DNA from: Gemmatimonadota bacterium
GTDB lineage: Bacteria; Gemmatimonadota; Gemmatimonadetes; Gemmatimonadales; GWC2-71-9
DNA length: 64,000 nucleotides
Assembly: GCA_039591655.1 (NCBI GenBank)
Contig: JBDHDE010000035.1
Location: forward strand, 1 to 64,000
Direction: 5' to 3'
Shown: one piece after another, positions 20,554 through 28,609 of the stretch
Position numbering within the stretch: position 1 is the stretch's first letter
Layout of the letters: the number at the start of each line of letters is the position of its first letter
Notes under the pieces: generated by a model
Told to the model about the DNA's origin: nothing
What the model saw: only the letters and a program-made list of their open reading frames with translations
Database searches by the model: none
Made by a program: the position numbers and the translations under genes

Positions 20554-21408
20554 CTAGCCACCGAGCAGACCACGGCACGCCGCAGTGGCGGAGCGTGCGA
20601 AGTCCTCTACCTGCTGCCGCTGTGCCTCTGCGGACCCCTTAGCGAGGTCGCTGCCCAACAGGACTGCACCGGTCCACCCACTCGTATGCCAGACGCCGCC
20701 TCCCTCGAGCGCGGGAAGAGTCGGGTTGTCGGGGTGTGGCCACGGTGCCACGTACCAGTAGGGCTCCCTGTAGGATTCGTCCCCTGGTGTCATCCCCACC
20801 CCGATGGAACGGCGCGTTTCCGCCGGCAGGTCGAAGTCGAGGTGAATGAGAAAGGCGATGTCGAAGTGGTGCGGCCAGCAGCGCACCGGCGTTGCTGCCG
20901 TCTCGCTCTCCCGCAGGGCACTGAGTAGCAGATCGGCATCGGCGTACCAGCGTGCGAGCTCCTCGAATGCTTTCGAGGGCTCGAGTGCGAACGGCGTGAC
21001 CCCCAATCCGGGCGCCGAGGGCGGCACCGGCGGGTCGGGCCTCTCGAGCTCTCGTTCATCTGCGCCGAGGTGCTCTGCCAGCAGCGCAGTGAGCCACGTG
21101 TAGGCATCGGCCATCGTATGGCCATGGAGGTCCAAGCGACCGAGCGTAGTGTGCTTCCCGTCCTGCAGTTCCAGCGCGAGGCCGGCTGGGTCGAGAGCGA
21201 GCCGGATGCTCCGCTGCGTGCTCGTGGGTGCGCCCACCAACAGTGCCCGAGCCGCGAGCCACTCGGCGCTGATGTGAGAGTAATCGGACGCCGCTTCGAC
21301 GTATGTGGCGCCGATCGCCGCCACCGCCTGAACGGCCACGTGTAGCTGCTGGCGTGGGCCGACGAGGGTTTCGGGGGCGACGCGTCCCAGGGATTCCCAA
21401 GCCGTCAT
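20554..21408 (-). CDS. Hypothetical protein (DUF5996-like)
   Basis: RQQLHVAVQ, VRCWPHHFDIA, PGDESYREPYWYVAPWP resemble DUF5996-type proteins. Confidence 0.55.
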   Translation of the reverse strand: MTAWESLGRVAPETLVGPRQQLHVAVQAVAAIGATYVEAASDYSHISAEWLAARALLVGAPTSTQRSIRLALDPAGLALELQDGKHTTLGRLDLHGHTMADAYTWLTALLAEHLGADERELERPDPPVPPSAPGLGVTPFALEPSKAFEELARWYADADLLLSALRESETAATPVRCWPHHFDIAFLIHLDFDLPAETRRSIGVGMTPGDESYREPYWYVAPWPHPDNPTLPALEGGGVWHTSGWTGAVLLGSDLAKGSAEAQRQQVEDFARSATAACRGLLGG

Positions 21409-21610
21409 CTCATGTCTCCGATTCCGCGCCTGTGGGCTCTCCGTGTGTCCGGTCCTGCGTCTCGACTCTCCGCGGCCCCGCAATTTGGAGCGATGGTATC
21501 AGGATTGTGAATCCACCTACCCTGGATAGCTGCGTCCGCAAAACCTATCGTTCAGGTGGTCCGGGCGACCCGGACAGCGGGCGCTCCTGGGCCTGACGCA
21601 GGAGGAAGCC

Positions 21611-21700
21611 ATGGCGTATCCCAGGAAGCACCGGGGGCGGAGGAAGCAGGGCAGCAAGCGGCGCCGCATGCGGCGCAAGCGTCGCAAGGGACGTCACTAG
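21611..21700 (+). CDS. Small 29-aa Arg/Lys-rich protein (not in ORF track)
   Basis: AGGAGG RBS before ATG; MAYPRKHRGRRKQGSKRRRMRRKRRKGRH*. Confidence 0.7.
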   Translation: MAYPRKHRGRRKQGSKRRRMRRKRRKGRH

Positions 21701-21891
21701 GGCCCGCTCTGGCGTAGCTGTTCCCCCCCTTGTAGAGGTTTGGTCGAAGCGCGCGCCATGACATGACGAGCGCCTCGACGGTGGAAACCGTACTATACTC
21801 GCCCGGCTGTATGGTGGCCCGCTAGGTGCGCGGGCCGCTTGTACTGTGGTGAGCGGTATATTGGGGAGATCACGGAGGCTGGGAGGATCTT

Positions 21892-22263
21892 ATGCCGGCG
21901 ACCGCACCGGAGGCCTTTGCCACGCTGTACCATCGGCTGGCGCCCGGCGAGAAAGACCTCGTCAACGACGAGATCCACGCCGGGGTGTTCGAGGCCTTCA
22001 AAGACGTGAAGGCAGCGGCCCATCCGGATCTCATCGCGGATATCGCCGGCGAGGACTACGTGGGGCGGGGCTTGATGGCGCAGGCCCTGTTCCTGAGCTG
22101 GCGGGATCGGCAGGAAGGGGACTTTCTGCTGGAGCGGGTCCGCGACCACATGATGGAGCAGCTGCGTGATGAGCGTACGCCGCTGCCTTCCATCTACCGA
22201 TTGGGGGAAGCCCTGACCCGTTTCTGCGACGCGTGGCGGGAGGTGGGTGACAGCGGTTCGTAG
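21892..22263 (+). CDS. Hypothetical protein
   Basis: GGAGG RBS, GC3-biased codons, 123 aa. Confidence 0.65.
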   Translation: MPATAPEAFATLYHRLAPGEKDLVNDEIHAGVFEAFKDVKAAAHPDLIADIAGEDYVGRGLMAQALFLSWRDRQEGDFLLERVRDHMMEQLRDERTPLPSIYRLGEALTRFCDAWREVGDSGS

Positions 22264-22285
22264 GACGGCTCGACCACCCCTCAAC

Positions 22286-23202
22286 ATGCCGGACCCGATC
22301 CTCCCATTCCTACAACAGCAGGGCGTGCTGCTGCTGGACGGTGGTCTGGCTACCGAGCTCGAGGCCCGGGGCCTCGACCTCAACGACCCGCTGTGGTCGG
22401 CCAAGGTGCTGCTCGAAGATCCCGATGTCATCCGCCAGGTCCACATCGACTATCTGCGCGCGGGCGCCGACTGCATCGTCAGCGCGAGCTATCAGGCAAC
22501 GCTCTCGCGTCTCCAAGAGCGGGGGCTCACTGAGGCCGAGGCCGCAGAGAACCTTCGCAGCGCGGTCCGCCTGGCAGTCGAGGCGCGGGACGGATTTTGG
22601 AGCGATCCCCAGAATCGACCTGGCCGGCTGAGGCCGCTGGTCGCGGCCAGCGTGGGCCCGTACGGGGCATACCTCGCCGACGGCTCCGAGTACACCGGGG
22701 GCTACGGCCTCACGTCGGCGGAGCTCCAAGCGTTTCACAAGCCGCGCTGGCACGTGTTGGCGCAGGTCAAGGCCGACCTGATGGCCTGCGAGACGCTTCC
22801 CTCCCATGAGGAAGGGCGCGCGCTCCTGGAGTTGCTGCGCGCGACGCCCGGCGTATACGCGTGGTTCAGCTTTACCTGTCGGGACGCCGAGCACATCAGC
22901 GACGGGAGCCCGCTCATTGAAGTGCTGTGGCGGTAGGGGTGAACTGCACAGCGCCCGCGTTGATCCCGAACCTGATCTATGAGGCGCGAAAGGCGACGGC
23001 GAAGCCCATCATCGTCTACCCGAACTCGGGCGAGAGGTACGACGCCGGGGCGAAGCGGTGGAAAGGAGACACACCAGCAGTGGACTTCGGGCGCGCGAGT
23101 GAGCTGTGGCGGGCGGCTGGCGCAACCCTGATCGGGGGGTGCTGCCGCACGGGTCCAGGGCACGTCCGAGAGATCCGCAGCTGCCTGCTGGCGCCCGCCT
23201 AG
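22286..23202 (+). pseudogene. mmuM: Homocysteine S-methyltransferase, split by a frameshift/deletion near 22925
   Basis: N-part LLDGGLATELE, WSAKVL, SVGPYGAYLADGSEY, ACETLP ends at TAG 22936; C-part GVNC, VYPNSGE, IGGCCRT is in another frame. Confidence 0.8.
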
Positions 23203-23261
23203 CGGATGGCAACCCTGGGACTTATCAGTCGGTAATGGAAGGGGATCCCAAGGAGGAGGGC

Positions 23262-24263
23262 ATGCGCGACTGGACCCGCAGGGACTTCGTGAAGACCTCG
23301 GCCGCGAGCCTGGCCGTGGTGGCGACGGGGCGACTCGGCTGGGCGCCGCCGCCCAAGGCACGGGTGAGCCTGGTGCCAGTGGGATCGGGTGGCCGGGAGG
23401 CGGCGATCCGCCGGGCCATCGAGCTCGTCGGCGCGCCACGGGTGAATGGCCAATGGGTGGCGCTCAAGCCCAACTTCAACAGCGCCGATCCCTATCCGGG
23501 CTCGACCCACGGAGACACGCTCCGCACGCTGGTGCAGTACCTCCGGGAGCTCGGTGCAGGCCGGGTGACCGTGGCGGACCGTAGCGGCATGGGAGATTCG
23601 GCAGGCGTGATGGAGGACAAGGGCGTCCTGCTCCAGGCCCAGGCCCTCGACTTCGACGCCCTTCCCCTCGAAGACCTGGCGCCTGATGAGTGGCTCCATA
23701 TCGAGCACCCGGACCTCCATTGGAGCCAGGGCTTTCACCTCGCCCGGGTGTTCCGCCGGGCCGACACCGTCGTGCAGACCTGCTGTCTCAAGACGCACCG
23801 GTACGGGGGGCACTTCACGATGTCCCTCAAGAACACCGTCGGAATGGTGGCGAAGACCGTGCCGGAGATCGAACACAACTTCATGCGTGAGCTGCACACG
23901 TCGAGCCACCAGCGGCGCATGATCGCCGAGCTGAACCTGAGCTACCAGCCGGCGCTCGTGGTGATGGATGCCGTCGAGTGCTTCACCCACGGCGGCCCCG
24001 ACACCGGAACGGTGGCCCGGCCCAACGCGATCCTGGCATCCACCGATCGGGTGGCCATGGACGCCGTGGGGGTGGCTATCCTGCGGGAGAAGGGAACCAC
24101 GGCGAACGTCTCCCGAGGACCGGTCTTCGGCCTGGAGCAGATTGCCCGGGCCGTCGAGCTCGGGATCGGCGTGGAGGGTCCGGCGCAAATCGAGATCGTC
24201 ACCGCCGAGGCCGAGGGCCGGCGCTACGCCGAGACCCTTAAGGAGATCATGCTGGCGGCCTGA
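23262..24263 (+). CDS. DUF362 domain protein with Tat-type signal
   Basis: TRRDFVK; LKPNFN, CLKTH, TMSLKNTVG, ASTDRVAMDA. Confidence 0.8.
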   Translation: MRDWTRRDFVKTSAASLAVVATGRLGWAPPPKARVSLVPVGSGGREAAIRRAIELVGAPRVNGQWVALKPNFNSADPYPGSTHGDTLRTLVQYLRELGAGRVTVADRSGMGDSAGVMEDKGVLLQAQALDFDALPLEDLAPDEWLHIEHPDLHWSQGFHLARVFRRADTVVQTCCLKTHRYGGHFTMSLKNTVGMVAKTVPEIEHNFMRELHTSSHQRRMIAELNLSYQPALVVMDAVECFTHGGPDTGTVARPNAILASTDRVAMDAVGVAILREKGTTANVSRGPVFGLEQIARAVELGIGVEGPAQIEIVTAEAEGRRYAETLKEIMLAA

Positions 24264-24464
24264 TCCCGGTCACGACTCGGGAGAGGGCTGGCGTGGCCCG
24301 GGACTCACCTCCCGGGCCACGCTCGCAATACCCCTCGCCGCCACGCCGTTTGGTGGCCCAACCCGTGCACACCTGAGTATTCTTCGATGCTGATCTCACC
24401 GGCTCCCCCCTCCGAGAGCCGAGCCTGAATGTCGATGATGTGACGTGGATGTGAGGAGAAAGCG

Positions 24465-25808
24465 ATGCCCAAGTTCAAGCACGTGAAGCTTCCCGCTGGC
24501 GATCTGATCACTGTGAAGGACGGCAAGCCCGTGGTGGGCGATCGGCCCATCGTCGGATCGCTGCGGGGTGATGGGATCGGGCTGGACATCACGCCGGCCA
24601 TGAAGAACGTGGTCGAGGCCGCCGTGAAGAAGGCCTATGGCGGCAAGAAGGAGATCGCGTGGTGCCCGCTCTATGCCGGTCTCGAGGGCCTGCACACGTA
24701 CGGTGAAGTGTTGCCGAAGGAGACGGTCGAGGCGATTCAGCACCTCAAGGTCGCCATCAAGGGACCCTTCACCACGCCGATCGGTGAAGAGACCCATGTA
24801 TGCCTCTACTGCGCCCACCAGCAGTACCACGACGGGAGGTGCGACAAGTGCGGCAAGGACGACGGCGTCACCGAACGCTATCGCTCTATCAACGTGGGAT
24901 TCCGGCAGGCGATGGACCTCTACGCCTGCGTGCGGCCCATCATGTACTTCGAGGGCGTGCCGGCGCCCAACAAGTACGCCGATCAGGTGAACTTCGTGAT
25001 CTTCCGTGAGAACACGGAGGACGTATATGCCGGCCACGACTTCGAGCGGGGTAGCGACGTGGCCATGGCGGTGATCGACTTGGTCAAGGAGAAGACGGGT
25101 AAGCAGATCCGCGAGGACAGCGGCATTGGCGTCAAGCCCATCTCGGTGACGGGCACCAAGCGTCTGGTGCGGAAGGCGTGCCAATGGGCCATCGCCAACG
25201 ACCTCCCGTCGGTGACGTTTGTCCACAAGGGCAACATCATGAAGTTCACCGAGGGCTCGTTTGCCAAGTGGGGCTACGAGGTGGCCACCGAGGAGTTCGG
25301 CGACACGTTCGTGACCGAGAAGGCCTTGTGGGACGAGCTGGACGGGAAGATGCCGAAGGGCAAGAAGCTGGCGAAGGACCGGATTGCCGACTCGATTTTC
25401 CAGCAGATCCAGACCCGGCCGGCCGAGTACAGCGTTCTCGCGCTGCCCAACCTGAACGGCGACTATCTGTCGGACGCGGCCATCGCCCTGGTGGGCGGCC
25501 TGGGGTTGGGACCCGGCGCCAACATCGGCGAGGAGGTGGCGCTGTTCGAGGCGACCCACGGCACGGCGCCGAAGTACACGGGACTGGACAAGGTGAACCC
25601 GGGTTCGCTCATCCTCTCGGCGGTGATGATGCTGCAACACATGGGTTGGACGGAGGCCGCCGACCTCATCCTGGATGGGATGCGTAAGGCGATCAAGGAT
25701 GCGCACGTGACCTACGACCTGGCCCGCCTGATGACGGCGGAGGGCCGCAAGGACGTGAAGGAATTGCCCTGTTCCGGCTTCGGCGAGGCGATCGTCGAGC
25801 GGATGTAG
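24465..25808 (+). CDS. icd: Isocitrate dehydrogenase (homodimeric, E. coli-type) with Cys-rich insertion
   Basis: [67 protein letters not shown]. Confidence 0.92.
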   Translation: MPKFKHVKLPAGDLITVKDGKPVVGDRPIVGSLRGDGIGLDITPAMKNVVEAAVKKAYGGKKEIAWCPLYAGLEGLHTYGEVLPKETVEAIQHLKVAIKGPFTTPIGEETHVCLYCAHQQYHDGRCDKCGKDDGVTERYRSINVGFRQAMDLYACVRPIMYFEGVPAPNKYADQVNFVIFRENTEDVYAGHDFERGSDVAMAVIDLVKEKTGKQIREDSGIGVKPISVTGTKRLVRKACQWAIANDLPSVTFVHKGNIMKFTEGSFAKWGYEVATEEFGDTFVTEKALWDELDGKMPKGKKLAKDRIADSIFQQIQTRPAEYSVLALPNLNGDYLSDAAIALVGGLGLGPGANIGEEVALFEATHGTAPKYTGLDKVNPGSLILSAVMMLQHMGWTEAADLILDGMRKAIKDAHVTYDLARLMTAEGRKDVKELPCSGFGEAIVERM

Positions 25809-25834
25809 GCTGCGGGGATTCGCGCCGCGGGCGA

Positions 25835-25870
25835 GAGGCGGGAGATGTCCGATTGGGCGTCTCCCGCCTC
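25835..25870 (+). terminator. Hairpin downstream of icd
   Basis: GAGGCGGGAGATGTCC/GGGCGTCTCCCGCCTC stem. Confidence 0.45.
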
Positions 25871-25984
25871 ATCTCGTGGGGCAGGGAAACCGGTGGACCC
25901 ACGTCCTCCCGTGGCCAAGGTGCCGGAAACCTGCTAGAATCCGGCCGGACGTGGTGGCGAGAGTGGGGTTGACGCGAGGTGGCT

Positions 25985-27508
25985 ATGACCCTGGTGCTGG
26001 ATGGCAAGAACCTCAGGATCGAAGATGTGGTGCGGGTCGCCCGGGACGGTGAGCCCGTCGAGCTTGCCGCCGATGCCGTGGAGCGCATCCGTGACTGCCG
26101 CGAGATGCTGGAGCGCAAGCTCGCGGCACACGAGGTCATGTACGGCATCAACACCGGGATCGGCGAGTTCTCCGAGACCATCCTGAGCGACGAAGAGACC
26201 AGGCAGTTTCAGAAGTATCTCATCTACAATCACGCGGCGGGCATCGGCGATCCGGCCCCGGAGGAGCATGTCCGGGCCGCGATGGTGTCCCGCGTCAACG
26301 TCCACGCCAACGGTCGTTCAGGGCTGCGAGTGGAGATCCCGCGCCTCCTGTGCGAGATGTTGAACCGGGGTGTGATCCCCTACGTCTGCCAGAAGGGATC
26401 CGTTGGCGCCTGCGGTGATCTGGCGCCGATGTCGCAGATCGCGCTGGCGGTGATGGGCGAGGGGCAGGCGTGGTACGAGGGCGAGCTCCTCCCGGGCGGG
26501 GAGGCGTTGAGGCGCGCGGGACTCGAGCCCCTGGTGCTGCATGCCCGAGACGGCCTCGCCACCATCAACGGCTCGAACTTCATGAACGGCATGAACGCCA
26601 TCCATCTCTACGATATCAACCGCTGGCTCAAGCAAGCCGAGATCGCCGCGGCGATGACCTTGGAGGCACTGCATGCCAACATGAGGCCGTTCGATACCCG
26701 GCTGCACGAGGCACGTGGGTTCACCGGCGCGGTGCGCAGCGCCAGGGCGATCATGCAGTGCCTCGAGGGCAGTGACGTGCTAAAGGGCGGCAAGAAGCGG
26801 GTCCAGGACGCCTACTCGATGCGCTCCACCCCGCAGGTGATCGGCGCCGCCCACGACGCCCGGGCCTACGCCCGCAGCCAGGTGGAGATCGAGCTCAACG
26901 GCGTGGGGGACAACCCGATCTTCTTCGCCGAACAGGACCTGGTCCTCACCGGCGCCAACTTCCAGGGCACGCCGGTTTCGCTGCCCATGGAGATGGTGGG
27001 AACCTCCGTCACCATGGTATCGGTGCTCTCCGAGCGCCGGCTCAACCGCCTGCTCAACCCGGCGCTCTCCGTCGGCCTCCCAGCCTTCCTCGCGGAGAAG
27101 CCGGGGCTGTTCAGCGGGTTCATGCTGAGCCAGTACACCGCCGGCACGCTCATCGTAGAGCAGCGCATGCTCTCGGCGCCGGCGGCGTGCGCATCCATCC
27201 CCGCCGCGGCCGATCAGGAGGACTTCGTGAGCATGGGGATGAACACGGCCCTCAAGAACGGGCAGATCCTGCAGAACGCCTACGGGGTGCTGGGGATCGA
27301 GTTCATGGCCGCGGCCCAGGCATTGGACATCCGGGGACACGAGGCAGGGAAGGGCACGGCGGCGGCCCGCGAGGTCATCCGGAAGCACGTCGAATACCTC
27401 GGTGAGGACCGACCGCTCTATCCCGATCACACGAAGATGGCCGAGCTGGTGGCGTCGTGTGAGATCCTCGAGGCGGTGGAAGCGGAGGTGGGGTCGCTGG
27501 AGGACTGA
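25985..27508 (+). CDS. Aromatic amino acid ammonia-lyase (HAL/PAL family) with Ala-Cys-Gly MIO motif
   Basis: YGINTGIG, GSVGACGDLAP, LATINGS, VQDAYSMRSTPQV, DNP, GANFQG, QEDFVSM. Confidence 0.88.
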   Translation: MTLVLDGKNLRIEDVVRVARDGEPVELAADAVERIRDCREMLERKLAAHEVMYGINTGIGEFSETILSDEETRQFQKYLIYNHAAGIGDPAPEEHVRAAMVSRVNVHANGRSGLRVEIPRLLCEMLNRGVIPYVCQKGSVGACGDLAPMSQIALAVMGEGQAWYEGELLPGGEALRRAGLEPLVLHARDGLATINGSNFMNGMNAIHLYDINRWLKQAEIAAAMTLEALHANMRPFDTRLHEARGFTGAVRSARAIMQCLEGSDVLKGGKKRVQDAYSMRSTPQVIGAAHDARAYARSQVEIELNGVGDNPIFFAEQDLVLTGANFQGTPVSLPMEMVGTSVTMVSVLSERRLNRLLNPALSVGLPAFLAEKPGLFSGFMLSQYTAGTLIVEQRMLSAPAACASIPAAADQEDFVSMGMNTALKNGQILQNAYGVLGIEFMAAAQALDIRGHEAGKGTAAAREVIRKHVEYLGEDRPLYPDHTKMAELVASCEILEAVEAEVGSLED

Positions 27509-27699
27509 GCGGCGGGGCCGCCAGGCTTCCCGGTTCGCCTTGGGCGCCGAAGCGCCGCAGCTACGGCGCCCGATCCTGACAACGGCGACAGAACCGATCA
27601 TATTTGATGCAGACTTGGCCGGGCGCCCAGGGGTGATCCGGCTGTACCTCCCAGCGGTATCCTCCCGGGCCGCGTGCACAATGCGTTGGGATTGGGTCG

Positions 27700-28608
27700 G
27701 TGATGCAGCAGGGCACGGTTTTCAACATCCAACGTTTCTCCCTCCACGACGGTCCCGGGATCCGGACCACCGTGTTCCTCAAGGGATGTCCCTTGAGCTG
27801 CGAGTGGTGTCACAACCCGGAGGGGATCTCGCCGGCACCGGAGGTGGTGATCGTCGGGAACCGGTGCATTCGATGCGGCCAATGCGTCGAGGTCTGTCCC
27901 CAGAGCCTTCCTAGCGGTGACGCGACGGGCTTCGCGGGCGATCGGGCACACTGTGTCGCTTGCGGCACCTGCATCGACGCATGTCCAACCGAGGCGCGTC
28001 AGGTCGCCGGGCGCGATATGACCGTGGCCGAAGTGGTAGCGGAGGTTCTCAAGGACCGGGTCTTCTACGAAGAGTCGGAGGGTGGCGTGACGTTCTCCGG
28101 GGGCGAGCCGCTGGCGCAGCCCGGGTTCCTGTTGGCCCTGCTCGAAGCATGCCGCACGGAGGGGCTCAACACCGCTGTGGACACCTGCGGCTTCGTGCCG
28201 CAGGATGCTCTGTTGGCAGTCGCGCCGCTCACCGATCTATTCCTGTACGACGTCAAGGCGATGGACGACGACATCCACCGCAAGTACACCGGCGTCTCGA
28301 ACGTGCTCATCCTGGAGAACCTGCGGGTCCTGGGGAGGGAGCACGACGCCATTTGGCTGCGGGTGCCGGTGATTCCGGGCGTGAACGATGCTACCGATAA
28401 CCTCGCGGCCACGGGACGGCTGGCGGCCTCCATCCCGGCGATAAGGCGTATCTCCTTGTTGCCTTACCATCCGTTGGGTGGCGACAAGCGAGAGCGTGTG
28501 GGAAGGCCGAGCGGCCTGGGCGGCGTGTACTCCCCGTCGGAAGAGCGCATGCAGGAGCTGGCGGCTGTAGTCGAAGGGGCCGGGGTGTTGACGACAATAG
28601 GATCCTGA
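27700..28608 (+). CDS. Glycyl-radical enzyme activating enzyme (radical SAM with 2x[4Fe-4S] insert)
   Basis: HDGPGIRTTVFLKGCPLSCEWCHNPE; CxxCxxCxxxCP twice; GGVTFSGGEP. Confidence 0.93.
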   Translation: MMQQGTVFNIQRFSLHDGPGIRTTVFLKGCPLSCEWCHNPEGISPAPEVVIVGNRCIRCGQCVEVCPQSLPSGDATGFAGDRAHCVACGTCIDACPTEARQVAGRDMTVAEVVAEVLKDRVFYEESEGGVTFSGGEPLAQPGFLLALLEACRTEGLNTAVDTCGFVPQDALLAVAPLTDLFLYDVKAMDDDIHRKYTGVSNVLILENLRVLGREHDAIWLRVPVIPGVNDATDNLAATGRLAASIPAIRRISLLPYHPLGGDKRERVGRPSGLGGVYSPSEERMQELAAVVEGAGVLTTIGS

Positions 28609-28609
28609 T

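Noticed and set aside
21494..21509. Sigma54-like TGGTATCAGGATTGTG upstream of the basic peptide
   Set aside because: The -12 element is GT rather than GC; too weak to call
22915..22940. Programmed frameshift or stop readthrough in mmuM
   Set aside because: No slippery sequence, and residues appear missing, which recoding would not restore
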